64,000 bases of DNA, taken from the sequence record LC727699.1. The stretch is one strand, 5' to 3'. The notes beneath the pieces are model-generated. The model had not been told where the DNA came from. It searched no databases and was given only the letters and a program-made list of their open reading frames with translations. The position numbers were made by a program, and so were the translations under genes. Below are positions 8,519 to 17,244 of the stretch, in pieces. The first letter of the stretch is position 1. The number at the start of each line of letters is the position of its first letter.

Positions 8519-9066
8519 AGTTATATGAAGCTTTAGTTGAGGATATAATCATCACCAATGATCTTGGTACTGGTCTTCGACCATCTCTTAATATAACCAC
8601 TAATGATGGTGTAACTAGGAATGTTACATTTGATCAACTTGAGAATTTTATTAAAGTTATAAAAGCCACGCATGATACGCAAACTGTTGGCACTCCATTA
8701 CAATGGTGTATTTACAGGTATGCTCCTAATTTAGTTAAAGCTCGGTATATTGCAACTAGTTGGAAAATAACTGTAGACCATGTTAAAAAGACTTTGAATT
8801 TTCAAGGTACTTTAAATCACGAAGGTACTGTAATTGATCATCCTAACTATGATCCAGATATTACCGCAAGAGAACTAATGTTCGATGAAACTATTACTGA
8901 TTTTAGTCGATTTGAACAAATTGCTCTGTCTGGAAATATCGCTAACTTTAAAGAAGAATTCAAAATGATGAAATATAGTTTTGACTTTAGTTACATTATT
9001 GAAGTTAGTAATGGCATGACTAGACTCAAGGAGTTAGCTAATGATCAAACTGGATTATCAGATTAA
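8482..9066 (+). CDS. Protein at the phiKZ gp2 position; possibly the chimallin-interacting shell protein ChmB
   Basis: Synteny only (second gene of the cluster ending in DHFR, which is gp4 in phiKZ); GAGG SD; sequence not independently recognised. Confidence 0.45.
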   Translation: MGNDVGSRKEGLKLYEALVEDIIITNDLGTGLRPSLNITTNDGVTRNVTFDQLENFIKVIKATHDTQTVGTPLQWCIYRYAPNLVKARYIATSWKITVDHVKKTLNFQGTLNHEGTVIDHPNYDPDITARELMFDETITDFSRFEQIALSGNIANFKEEFKMMKYSFDFSYIIEVSNGMTRLKELANDQTGLSD

Positions 9067-9547
9067 ATCAGAAGTCAATCATCTATTAAATAGATTATTA
9101 GTTAAAAACTTAGATGGCACTGTTTATTTTAGAACAACTATTAAAGAAGACGATTTAAAAGACTTACCTGTTAATCTGATTAGCCTACAAGTACTTATAA
9201 ATCTATTGATAGGTTATGAAGGACTAGATATTACAACTAATATTGAGGAATTCACACAGCAGATTAGTCTGATTCTTTGGGACATGCCCATACTAGAAAA
9301 AGGCGAAGTGGAATACCTCTATATTGAACAAGATATTAAGTTGAATGAATTAGTTATTAAACATAAAAGACCTGGTGTATTAATTGATGAGAAAGTATAT
9401 GGTGAATTAACGCTATTACAAATGGCTCAAATTAATTACCTATTAGCGTCTACATTTAAGTTTAAAACTAATTTCACTTGCTGTAGTTGGGCTATTGAAT
9501 TTAAAGATAATGAAGTATCTTGTAAATTCTGGCCTAAGGAAAATTGA
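9041..9547 (+). CDS. Hypothetical protein (168 aa)
   Basis: GGAG SD; overlaps both neighbours. Confidence 0.75.
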   Translation: MIKLDYQIKSEVNHLLNRLLVKNLDGTVYFRTTIKEDDLKDLPVNLISLQVLINLLIGYEGLDITTNIEEFTQQISLILWDMPILEKGEVEYLYIEQDIKLNELVIKHKRPGVLIDEKVYGELTLLQMAQINYLLASTFKFKTNFTCCSWAIEFKDNEVSCKFWPKEN

Positions 9548-10068
9548 TGGCTATTAAATTAATCGTTGCCCATGACCTAAATGGTGTCATTGGATATAAT
9601 AATCTATTACCTTGGCATATACCTGAGGATTTAGCTTTCTTTAAAGAAATGACAACTGGTTGCTGTGTTATCATGGGTAAAAATACTTTCTTATCCTTAG
9701 GTAGTAAACCGTTACCTAATCGTAATAACATTGTTGTATCATCAAGTTTATATCGTAACGGTAATTACCCAGTATCCTGTGATAATAAATTAGGTGTACT
9801 CCCTAATCTAGATGCGGCTCTTGTATATGCTGATCATTTTAGTAAAGAAACTAAAAAGGATGTATGGGCCATTGGTGGTTCTCAACTTTATAAAGAAGCC
9901 ATTAAAAAGGATATTTTAGACGAAATGTACATTACTACTGTCAAGATGGAAATCGATAATAGTAGTTGTGTTTATTTCCCTAAAGAAATCATTAAATGGG
10001 ATAAATGGAAATCAACCATTATTAAAGAAACAGATTTGTGTAAATATACACGTTGGATTAAAACATAA
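9547..10068 (+). CDS. folA: Dihydrofolate reductase
   Basis: IVAHDLNGVIG, LPWHIPEDLAFFK, VIMGKNT, LPNRNNIVVS, IGGSQLY. Confidence 0.97.
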   Translation: MAIKLIVAHDLNGVIGYNNLLPWHIPEDLAFFKEMTTGCCVIMGKNTFLSLGSKPLPNRNNIVVSSSLYRNGNYPVSCDNKLGVLPNLDAALVYADHFSKETKKDVWAIGGSQLYKEAIKKDILDEMYITTVKMEIDNSSCVYFPKEIIKWDKWKSTIIKETDLCKYTRWIKT

Positions 10069-10072
10069 TAAT

Positions 10073-10094
10073 AGCCTTCCCTAATGGGAAGGCT
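10073..10094 (+). terminator. Terminator hairpin after DHFR
   Basis: AGCCTTCCC-TAAT-GGGAAGGCT-TTATGT. Confidence 0.75.
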
Positions 10095-10105
10095 TTATGT
10101 CATGT

Positions 10106-10133
10106 ATTCAAACCTATTTAAAGGGTATATTAC
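10106..10133 (+). promoter_or_regulatory. Early (virion RNAP) promoter, TATATTAC core
   Basis: ATTCAAACCTATTTAAAGGGTATATTAC; TATATTAC is the known phiKZ early promoter core. Confidence 0.75.
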
Positions 10134-10185
10134 AAAAGTGTAATTAAATATAGATTATTCTATTTATTATTGGAGAGTACAGTCC

Positions 10186-10590
10186 ATGAAGAAACCTAAG
10201 AAAACAACTTATAATGCTATCGATCTAAGTAAATTAAATAAAGATATGTTCAGTGGTAGTAGGACCTGGGCAGCGGTTGAGTTTGCAATAAGTTGTGCAA
10301 ATGAGTTAATGGAATTAAATAGTAAAGGAAATATTATTTTATTTGATAACGATATTGTCGACAAAGTTGAATTTGAACTTAAGATCTATGATTGGTATGA
10401 TGCACCACACGGATGTTATCTTTATAGATCTTTATGGAAAAATACTCAGGAAATTGTCTTTGGTGATAATGTAAATAAAGATGGAAGACTTGTATTGACT
10501 AAAGAAGAAGTACGTGAATACTTTTCAAGATTCAAAATTTTCCGTAGTGTCATGTACTTATCCAACAGTATTAAAAAGTTAAAAGGGTAA
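10186..10590 (+). CDS. Early hypothetical protein (134 aa)
   Basis: GGAG SD; downstream of early promoter. Confidence 0.75.
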   Translation: MKKPKKTTYNAIDLSKLNKDMFSGSRTWAAVEFAISCANELMELNSKGNIILFDNDIVDKVEFELKIYDWYDAPHGCYLYRSLWKNTQEIVFGDNVNKDGRLVLTKEEVREYFSRFKIFRSVMYLSNSIKKLKG

Positions 10591-10603
10591 CCCTCCCCTA
10601 CCG

Positions 10604-10680
10604 ATAATACATTCAAACCATTTTAAACAGTATATTACTAACTTGATATTTAACCTTCAATTAATGTAAAAAGGAATCTA
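10604..10680 (+). repeat. Early promoter-leader cassette, copy A
   Basis: 10622-10674 identical to 12473-12525 (53 bp); 10604-10626 identical to 12105-12127 (23 bp); TATATTAC at 10631. Confidence 0.9.
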
Positions 10681-10684
10681 TACC

Positions 10685-11200
10685 ATGTTCGAAATTAAAT
10701 TTTCTAAAAAAGAACAATTCCCTGGCCGTGGTCACTGCATCGAACTTTATGGTGATTATGTCACCGAGCGTGTATGGCATGCAGTGAAACAAATGGTTGA
10801 ATGTAACATTACCAATCACGAGTTTTATAAGGCAAAAGAAGGTTTCTGTGTATTCTTCCAAGGTGGGCATGATAACCCTCATGGGAAATGGATCCTTCTG
10901 GAATTCTGGGTAGACGACATCGAGAAGACTCGTGAGTTCGTTCGTCTCTTGACCATCACTATTAATCGAGTATTGACGGAGCGTTTTACTCAAATCTGCG
11001 TTAACCCTAATCAAATGGGTTATGCAGATGGGGCAGGTGCATATACTGTACTTGGCGAAATCCATAAAGAAACTGGATGTCGTGTTAATTGGGGTAGTCC
11101 GACTACACCCATTACCTTCTATCCAGAAAATAACTTGGAACATCGTAAAGTACTCGACTTGTGTGAAACCTTCGAACTCCCAGTAACTAAATGGGTATAA
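10685..11200 (+). CDS. Early hypothetical protein (171 aa)
   Basis: AAGGA SD; ORF track. Confidence 0.8.
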   Translation: MFEIKFSKKEQFPGRGHCIELYGDYVTERVWHAVKQMVECNITNHEFYKAKEGFCVFFQGGHDNPHGKWILLEFWVDDIEKTREFVRLLTITINRVLTERFTQICVNPNQMGYADGAGAYTVLGEIHKETGCRVNWGSPTTPITFYPENNLEHRKVLDLCETFELPVTKWV

Positions 11201-11217
11201 TTAGAGGATAAAGTACC

Positions 11218-11454
11218 ATGTACATCGTTATCCACAGAGACGAGTCTGAAAGACATGAATTGACTGTAGGTGATCCTAAAGATCTTATCGCGATCTTAGT
11301 CATTCTGGAGAATAGTGATAAAGTCATTGAATATAAGGTTATCGATTCGGATGTTGGTGTAATCAAGGACTTTAGATACTCATTTGGTTGGGGTAACGGG
11401 TTCTTCACTAAAAATGCAAAAGATAATTTTAACTGGAATCAATCGAGGAAATAA
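11218..11454 (+). CDS. Early hypothetical protein (78 aa)
   Basis: GAGGA SD. Confidence 0.7.
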   Translation: MYIVIHRDESERHELTVGDPKDLIAILVILENSDKVIEYKVIDSDVGVIKDFRYSFGWGNGFFTKNAKDNFNWNQSRK

Positions 11455-11456
11455 TA

Positions 11457-11669
11457 ATGGCTAACAGTAAAATCAGTGGCGAAGCTGTAATGAAATATCT
11501 ACGTTCTCGAAATGACCACGTGGATTTTATGCGAGATAAACTGTCGGTTTACATTGAAAATGATGAAGTGGTAGTTAAGATTATAGATACTACTTCAGGT
11601 GGTTCTGCAACACACCACTCAGGTTATGATGTAAACAACTTTGAAAGAACGTATGGTCAAACTAACTAA
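11457..11669 (+). CDS. Early hypothetical protein (70 aa)
   Basis: GAGGA SD; abuts previous gene. Confidence 0.7.
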   Translation: MANSKISGEAVMKYLRSRNDHVDFMRDKLSVYIENDEVVVKIIDTTSGGSATHHSGYDVNNFERTYGQTN

Positions 11670-11700
11670 ATAAATTAGTAACACTTATTGGCGACATACA

Positions 11701-11718
11701 CCCTCCCTTCGGGGAGGG
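11701..11718 (+). terminator. Intrinsic terminator
   Basis: CCCTCCC-TTCG-GGGAGGG-CTTTATTTT. Confidence 0.85.
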
Positions 11719-11770
11719 CTTTATTTTCAATATAGACATATTTTTTTAATACATTAGTTGGAGTTTAAAA

Positions 11771-12103
11771 ATGTTTAATAAAAATTTTATCAATGGTATT
11801 CAAATTTTTGTTGCCGCAACTACTGTTGCTACAACTATTGTTAAGTTAGTCGAATCATACAACAAATTAAATGAAGAAAAATCGGCTAACGATGTATGTA
11901 AGAAAATCCATATGGAAATCCATAAATTAACTAGCCTGTTTATCGAACAAGATATACCTAATGAAGAACGCTGTGTTAGGTTACGTAAAACTGTTGATAC
12001 ATTAGTTAATAAACACTGCTCTAAATTAACTGGCCGGCGGCGACTCAGGGCTGTTGCAGAAATCACTCGACATGTAGATGACTATTGTCGTCTGTGGAAA
12101 TGA
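11771..12103 (+). CDS. Early hypothetical protein with amphipathic N-terminus (110 aa)
   Basis: GGAG SD. Confidence 0.7.
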   Translation: MFNKNFINGIQIFVAATTVATTIVKLVESYNKLNEEKSANDVCKKIHMEIHKLTSLFIEQDIPNEERCVRLRKTVDTLVNKHCSKLTGRRRLRAVAEITRHVDDYCRLWK

Positions 12104-12104
12104 A

Positions 12105-12180
12105 ATAATACATTCAAACCATTTTAACCAGTATATCACAACAGTGTAATTAAACCTATTAAATCAGTAAAAAGGAATCA
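12105..12180 (+). repeat. Early promoter-leader cassette, diverged copy B
   Basis: ATAATACATTCAAACCATTTTAA shared with copy A; TATATCAC at 12132; GTAAAAAGGAATC leader end. Confidence 0.8.
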
Positions 12181-12184
12181 AACT

Positions 12185-12445
12185 ATGACAACTTTCCTGA
12201 CTTTTAAATCTGACGAAGACTTGGAGAAAGAAGCAATCCGTCGTGCACGTGCTATCATGGGTTTCCGTGGTGACCGTGATGCAGCTACTCGTCAGGTATG
12301 CATCAATCCTGTACGAGGTAAGGATTACCGTAACTGGTTATCCCATAGCGCTACCTGGAAAGATGGTAACATTGTTGTTGATGAAGATAGTCTCATTGAG
12401 CTAGCCCGTGCCATCATTGATGAGACCTACCTGCACGATATGTAA
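12185..12445 (+). CDS. Early hypothetical protein (86 aa)
   Basis: AAGGA SD. Confidence 0.75.
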   Translation: MTTFLTFKSDEDLEKEAIRRARAIMGFRGDRDAATRQVCINPVRGKDYRNWLSHSATWKDGNIVVDEDSLIELARAIIDETYLHDM

Positions 12446-12461
12446 TAACTACTACTCCCTT

Positions 12462-12525
12462 ATTCAAACATATTTAAACAGTATATTACTAACTTGATAT
12501 TTAACCTTCAATTAATGTAAAAAGG
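12462..12525 (+). repeat. Early promoter-leader cassette, copy C
   Basis: 53-bp identity with 10622-10674; TATATTAC at 12482. Confidence 0.9.
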
Positions 12526-12535
12526 GACTTTAAAA

Positions 12536-12685
12536 ATGAAAGCATTCGCACTAGTGGTTATTGGTTTGACTTTTGGTGGACTGTTTGTAAACGCTAAGTT
12601 TGAAGAGCAAACTATTTCTAATGAAACTGTTATCCTCGGTCATCGTATCGGTCCCAATGGTCAAGAAATGCTCGTAACTAAATAG
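12536..12685 (+). CDS. 49-aa small membrane protein (MKAFALVVIGLTFGGLFVNAK...), absent from the ORF track
   Basis: First ATG after cassette C; AAGGGA SD; hydrophobic N-terminus; TAG at 12683-12685. Confidence 0.7.
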   Translation: MKAFALVVIGLTFGGLFVNAKFEEQTISNETVILGHRIGPNGQEMLVTK

Positions 12686-12695
12686 AGAAATAAAA

Positions 12696-13037
12696 ATGGA
12701 AAAGTCCGTAGCAGTTAAAGTAATCGACAACATGTGCCGTCCGAATATCGTTGCTCGCATGAATGGTAAACTGGTCTACCATGCTCGTAATGTAAAAATA
12801 GTAGAAGGTAAGGATCTATGGCCGAACCGCACTGACGTAGATGATGTTCGTGTACTGGTCGGTGAAGCCTTCCGTAACGGTGAATGGGTACCCATGCGCA
12901 GTTCTAGCCTGGTTAACGTAGATGCTGTTACCGGTGTATACGAAACCCTCAACTCTGTTTACATTGCTCCGGATCTTCTGGGAAGTCTCTCGGTGGGTCC
13001 TGATATCTTCAATGATGATGCAACTTTGAAAGGATAA
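12696..13037 (+). CDS. Early hypothetical protein (113 aa)
   Basis: ORF track; codon usage of the early block. Confidence 0.75.
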   Translation: MEKSVAVKVIDNMCRPNIVARMNGKLVYHARNVKIVEGKDLWPNRTDVDDVRVLVGEAFRNGEWVPMRSSSLVNVDAVTGVYETLNSVYIAPDLLGSLSVGPDIFNDDATLKG

Positions 13038-13042
13038 TCAAT

Positions 13043-13435
13043 ATGAACTTCATCAAAGAAAACGCACTTGGTCATATTGCACTGGCAGTTGGCGCAACAG
13101 CCGTTGCTGCCATCCTCGCGGTCAAAGCTACCGTAAAGGAAGACGGTCAGGCTGTAGCCGAACAGATCGAAAGCAGTATCTCTGATATTCTTATCGATAA
13201 GATCTCCACCTACCGCAACAGCGAACAACATCGCAAGCTGGTAAGTCGTATTCGTCGTGATCGAAATATCACAACGGAAGAGTTCATCAGCCGTATCCAG
13301 TTGGATATCGCCATGAACGTCCTGCCGGAAGTAGAAGTACTTCTGGAATAGCATCGTGACCAGGTAACCGAAGAAGAATTCGAACGCCTGGTAGCCAACC
13401 TTCAACACTTCGTACAACGGATCATTGCCAAATGA
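13043..13435 (+). pseudogene. Early gene with N-terminal TM segment, interrupted by an in-frame TAG at 13349-13351
   Basis: Frame continues 27 codons (HRDQVTEEEFERLVANLQHFVQRIIAK) to a TGA overlapping the next ATG (ATGA). Confidence 0.55.
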
Positions 13436-13608
13436 AAGTAAAGATCGGAATGGGATTCATTGCAGTACTGATGGGTATCGCTGCCGCAGGTGGTGAGTTC
13501 TATTACGATCTCACTAAACCTGAGGGCAAGGTATCTAAAGAGTGGTGCCAACACCCGGCTAAGCCGAAATGTACCATGTATGCATTCAACGTCAAAGAGG
13601 ACAAGTAA
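13432..13608 (+). CDS. 58-aa membrane-anchored protein (MKVKIGMGFIAVLMGIAAAGG...), absent from the ORF track
   Basis: ATGA coupling upstream; TAA immediately before the ATG at 13609. Confidence 0.7.
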   Translation: MKVKIGMGFIAVLMGIAAAGGEFYYDLTKPEGKVSKEWCQHPAKPKCTMYAFNVKEDK

Positions 13609-14211
13609 ATGGAACAGCGTCTCCTGAAAGCTTTCAAGAACATAGATCCCGTGTTCACGCAGAAACAGCACAACGAGTTGATCGATCGACGCGGTGCCGA
13701 CATGGGTTTGACTGTCAAGGTCGACGCCATGCTACTGTTGATCAAGAACGACCCGGTCAAGTACAAAGACCTGGAAACCAAGATCATCGAAGACGCCATC
13801 GCCTTCATAAAAGGTGAGCGTTCCTCCGATATCGCCCTGGGCCTGTTCAACAAGATGGTTTATCAGGACAACGGTCCCGATGCCGTCGGCCTGCTGGAAT
13901 ACGCCAAGGTTTCCGAGTACAAGAACATCCACGTGGATGAGTCCTGTGCTTGGGTCAACGTCTACCGTGGCAAGCTGAAGACCTTCATGGTTACATTCAT
14001 CTCCCAATGTGCCGGTAACGCTCTGGTACGTTCGGAACTGAAGACTCTTCAACATCAGCGTTACAATATCGCTAAGCAGAACTTCCGCGACATGAACAAA
14101 CCTGTGCCTGAAGGTACTGTGAAAGAACTGGCCAAAATGTACGGTAAATCCATCTCGGAAATCCGTCGCATGAAAGCCGAAGGTCGTCTTGGGGAACTGA
14201 CCCAAGAATAA
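13609..14211 (+). CDS. Early protein with C-terminal helix-turn-helix-like motif (200 aa)
   Basis: GAGGA SD; VKELAKMYGKSISEIRRMKAEGRL. Confidence 0.7.
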   Translation: MEQRLLKAFKNIDPVFTQKQHNELIDRRGADMGLTVKVDAMLLLIKNDPVKYKDLETKIIEDAIAFIKGERSSDIALGLFNKMVYQDNGPDAVGLLEYAKVSEYKNIHVDESCAWVNVYRGKLKTFMVTFISQCAGNALVRSELKTLQHQRYNIAKQNFRDMNKPVPEGTVKELAKMYGKSISEIRRMKAEGRLGELTQE

Positions 14212-14305
14212 TAGATGGGTCTCTTCGGAGACCCCATCTCAATGCGTCTTGAAAAGGATGCATTGAGATGTACTCAACCCAATCAATCGTAAAAAGGAAA
14301 TTACC

Positions 14306-15418
14306 ATGAAACAGTATCGTGAACCCGTAACCCGTCTGACCAAAGAAAAACTGGAATGGGTTATCAGCCGTCGTAAAGAAAGAAAGGCCGAACAACCTTT
14401 CGGTCGTGCCCATTTCCCTGCCGGTACTCGTGCTATCTTCGAATCCTGCTCCCTTCGTTACCTGGATGAGAATGAACGTGTGTATCCTGGACAGCGCTAC
14501 GAGACATTCGAAGCTACTGTTCTCGGCGTTGTGGCCAATGGTCATAACAGTTATGTCGCTATTCTGGACATGCCCTGTGATCTTACTGAAAGCCGTAACA
14601 AGGCAATCAACGTCAGTTGGTGCCGTGGTATTGTATCGCGCGGTGAAGGTAATTTCACCTGGTTCAAAGAAGAGTCAACCGAGTATGATCGCAATCATGG
14701 TTGGAACATCCGTGAGAAACATCCGACTGTTCGTTGGGCAGAAGGTCCTCGTCCTACTAAAGTACGTAGCCTTACCTGGGCAGAGGAATTCGATTATAAC
14801 CGCGCAGTAGATCCGGTATACATCGAAATCAACAAACATCACAGTCAGTACTATATCACTGACATGCGTTCGTTTGTGATGTTCACTCTTCGGGAACATC
14901 CTGCTTATGCAAACTCGTTTAAAGATCATCTGCACAAACTGGACAAGCTAGTCATGGCGCTGTACTCCGATCCGACTATCAAAGCAGCTGAAGTAAAGCT
15001 GTCTCGCTACTCTGTTAGCTGGTTGATCAGCAAGAAGAAGTTCCATAAAGTCCTGCAACGCCTGCTTCCGTTCTACAAGACTTCTCGTCGTAAGGCGCAA
15101 GAAGAAGACGATAAAGCAATTAGCGAGATGTATGAGGCTGAACTGGACCGTGACCTCAGTGAACAGTATGGTGAGTCTGATGATACCTCGGATGAATCAA
15201 GCTATTCATGGAATGACAGCACGCCCCTGGATGATGATGATCTGAATGTGTTTGATATGTACGACGACTCGGCATGCTCGCGTGAAATCAGTGATGATGT
15301 TCAACCCAAAACTATTGGTGAACTCCTGCGTGAAGCAATGGGGAACCCTGAAGAAGAGAAATCCAAATTAGTTATTGGAAGTATGGAAACTCTTTCTAAA
15401 GCGGTTATCATCAAATAG
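14306..15418 (+). CDS. Early protein (370 aa) with acidic C-terminal tail; possibly the ribosome-associated phiKZ014 homologue
   Basis: AAAAAGGAA SD; largest early ORF; phiKZ014 link is by position only. Confidence 0.5.
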   Translation: MKQYREPVTRLTKEKLEWVISRRKERKAEQPFGRAHFPAGTRAIFESCSLRYLDENERVYPGQRYETFEATVLGVVANGHNSYVAILDMPCDLTESRNKAINVSWCRGIVSRGEGNFTWFKEESTEYDRNHGWNIREKHPTVRWAEGPRPTKVRSLTWAEEFDYNRAVDPVYIEINKHHSQYYITDMRSFVMFTLREHPAYANSFKDHLHKLDKLVMALYSDPTIKAAEVKLSRYSVSWLISKKKFHKVLQRLLPFYKTSRRKAQEEDDKAISEMYEAELDRDLSEQYGESDDTSDESSYSWNDSTPLDDDDLNVFDMYDDSACSREISDDVQPKTIGELLREAMGNPEEEKSKLVIGSMETLSKAVIIK

Positions 15419-15433
15419 ATTACACGCAATAAT

Positions 15434-15451
15434 GGGAGTCTTCGGACTCCC
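15434..15451 (+). terminator. Intrinsic terminator
   Basis: GGGAGTC-TTCG-GACTCCC-TTTTATTTT. Confidence 0.9.
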
Positions 15452-15522
15452 TTTTATTTTCTACATCGTAATATTTTTTTATTTAGCAATATATTCATAA
15501 ACTGTAAAAAGGAAGATATCTC

Positions 15523-16524
15523 ATGATCATCAATGCAACCATCACTCGCGCAATGTTGAGTGCTCAAACTACAGAATCATCGCTTCTGTTTATTCTGACA
15601 CACCTACATGGCAGTCCAGATGCTACTTCGTCGGATATGAACGACACCAAGCGCATTCTCGCCTCTAACGATCCTCTAAGTACCCTGTGGCAATGTGGTT
15701 GCCATTTGGTCGTATCGGAAGACGAACGCTGGTTCATTTCTCCATTCGGTGATACTGTACGCCTGGCATACCAGCACAAAGTACGTGGTAGCTGGATTAC
15801 TTTCGGCATAGACCTGTTCGATCCGGAAGAATCCGAATCGGTACTATTGGCTATCCGTAGGCGGCTCCGCACCGGTTTCCCAGCAGATGAACTTGAAGTT
15901 AACTGTGGTATCAAAGGTTACCTCGAAGAAAGTTACGAGGTCAACGGGACCGGTTTGTGGAGCGTAGGTCGGATCATTCTGGCTCTGCATCCCACCAGCC
16001 CTTTCCGTTTTGCTGCTCTGGAACGTTTGTACGAGATTGCTAAGTTCCATAAGAACTACGCTGACATCGTGGATAATGTCGGGATCAATCATGATCGTAA
16101 TTACCTGAATAACATCGTTGATGGAAAATGGGTGGTCGAAGAGAAAGATGCTCAAGCTGTATTGAACAGCTACTTCACTTCGATGCTGAAGTTATTCTTC
16201 GACCGTGGTTTCTACTATCAGGATACTATCGATGGCGGCAGGATCGATGTTCGTAGCAATGAAGGATCGTACTACCTCATTGGTGGTAATGCCACTGTAA
16301 ATACCATCAATATCACTTACCTCAGTGCTAACAAAATAGAGATTCGTGATGGTGAATGGGAGTTCGCTTGGGACTGCAACAACACTGAATACTTCTTCGC
16401 TGAACATCCAGTAGATGCACTGCTTGCATATCACAAGCGTGTTGATCAGGAACATTCTTACAAAGCCACTGGTCTTGGTCATAGCCTGGAAGACATCCAC
16501 AAGGTTCAACATATTCTAAAATGA
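15523..16524 (+). CDS. Early hypothetical protein (333 aa)
   Basis: GTAAAAAGGAA leader; ORF track. Confidence 0.8.
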   Translation: MIINATITRAMLSAQTTESSLLFILTHLHGSPDATSSDMNDTKRILASNDPLSTLWQCGCHLVVSEDERWFISPFGDTVRLAYQHKVRGSWITFGIDLFDPEESESVLLAIRRRLRTGFPADELEVNCGIKGYLEESYEVNGTGLWSVGRIILALHPTSPFRFAALERLYEIAKFHKNYADIVDNVGINHDRNYLNNIVDGKWVVEEKDAQAVLNSYFTSMLKLFFDRGFYYQDTIDGGRIDVRSNEGSYYLIGGNATVNTINITYLSANKIEIRDGEWEFAWDCNNTEYFFAEHPVDALLAYHKRVDQEHSYKATGLGHSLEDIHKVQHILK

Positions 16525-16536
16525 GGAAGATTAATT

Positions 16537-17016
16537 ATGTCGTATAACCTAGGCATTGTCACTCGCAATAAGTCGGCACTGATTGTCACCAATGATTACA
16601 AATATGATGAGTTCGTTCTACTAAAACCGACCAGTGGTCTCAAGGTAGAAGGTCAGTTGGTGCAATTGGTCTGTATCTGTTTCGGTGACAAGGAAAAGCG
16701 TTCTCTGACTCACAAGATCATGACCAATGCTGAACAAGCAGATTACACCAAGGAAGACATCCTGGCTATGATGAAGGAACACGGTGTAGAACTTCGAGTG
16801 ATCACTGATAAGGCAGTTCATGTATTTCAGTACATTCGTGATGTGGCTATCCATGGTGTGGTTGATTCCAATAACACCACCTTCTGGTTCGGCGACACGG
16901 AACACCGAAAATTGTTTTATCCGTATTGCGGTATTGAAGGTAAATCTTTTCATCATGCCCATCGTGATAAAGAATTGTGTCGGGTATTTGAGTTTGTCGC
17001 TGTAATCAATTGGTAA
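16537..17016 (+). CDS. Early hypothetical protein (159 aa)
   Basis: GAGGA SD. Confidence 0.8.
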   Translation: MSYNLGIVTRNKSALIVTNDYKYDEFVLLKPTSGLKVEGQLVQLVCICFGDKEKRSLTHKIMTNAEQADYTKEDILAMMKEHGVELRVITDKAVHVFQYIRDVAIHGVVDSNNTTFWFGDTEHRKLFYPYCGIEGKSFHHAHRDKELCRVFEFVAVINW

Positions 17017-17022
17017 CGATAT

Positions 17023-17048
17023 AAATACCCTCCTTCGGGAGGGTATTT
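17023..17048 (+). terminator. Terminator hairpin
   Basis: AAATACCCTCC-TTCG-GGAGGGTATTT-ATTTT. Confidence 0.85.
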
Positions 17049-17072
17049 ATTTTGTGATTAGAGGAATAAAAA

Positions 17073-17216
17073 ATGGTAGGTTATCGTATTATTGCTTTTA
17101 ATGGTACTCAGTGGGAATCTCCGAGTGGGTACACCATTCAGCAAGCGGTGAATGAGTTCCTAAAGAAATATGATTTACATGAATTAGATATTCGCAGTAT
17201 TACCGCATTACACTAA
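17073..17216 (+). CDS. 47-aa hypothetical protein (MVGYRIIAFNGTQWESPSG...), absent from the ORF track
   Basis: GAGGA SD; TAA at 17214-17216. Confidence 0.65.
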   Translation: MVGYRIIAFNGTQWESPSGYTIQQAVNEFLKKYDLHELDIRSITALH

Positions 17217-17244
17217 ATCCAATTTTAAATAGGAATACGTATTA

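Noticed and set aside
13349-13351. Genome-wide TAG reassignment
   Set aside because: Other genes end cleanly at TAG (12685, 15418, 18969) followed by terminators or new SDs; no suppressor tRNA in the window
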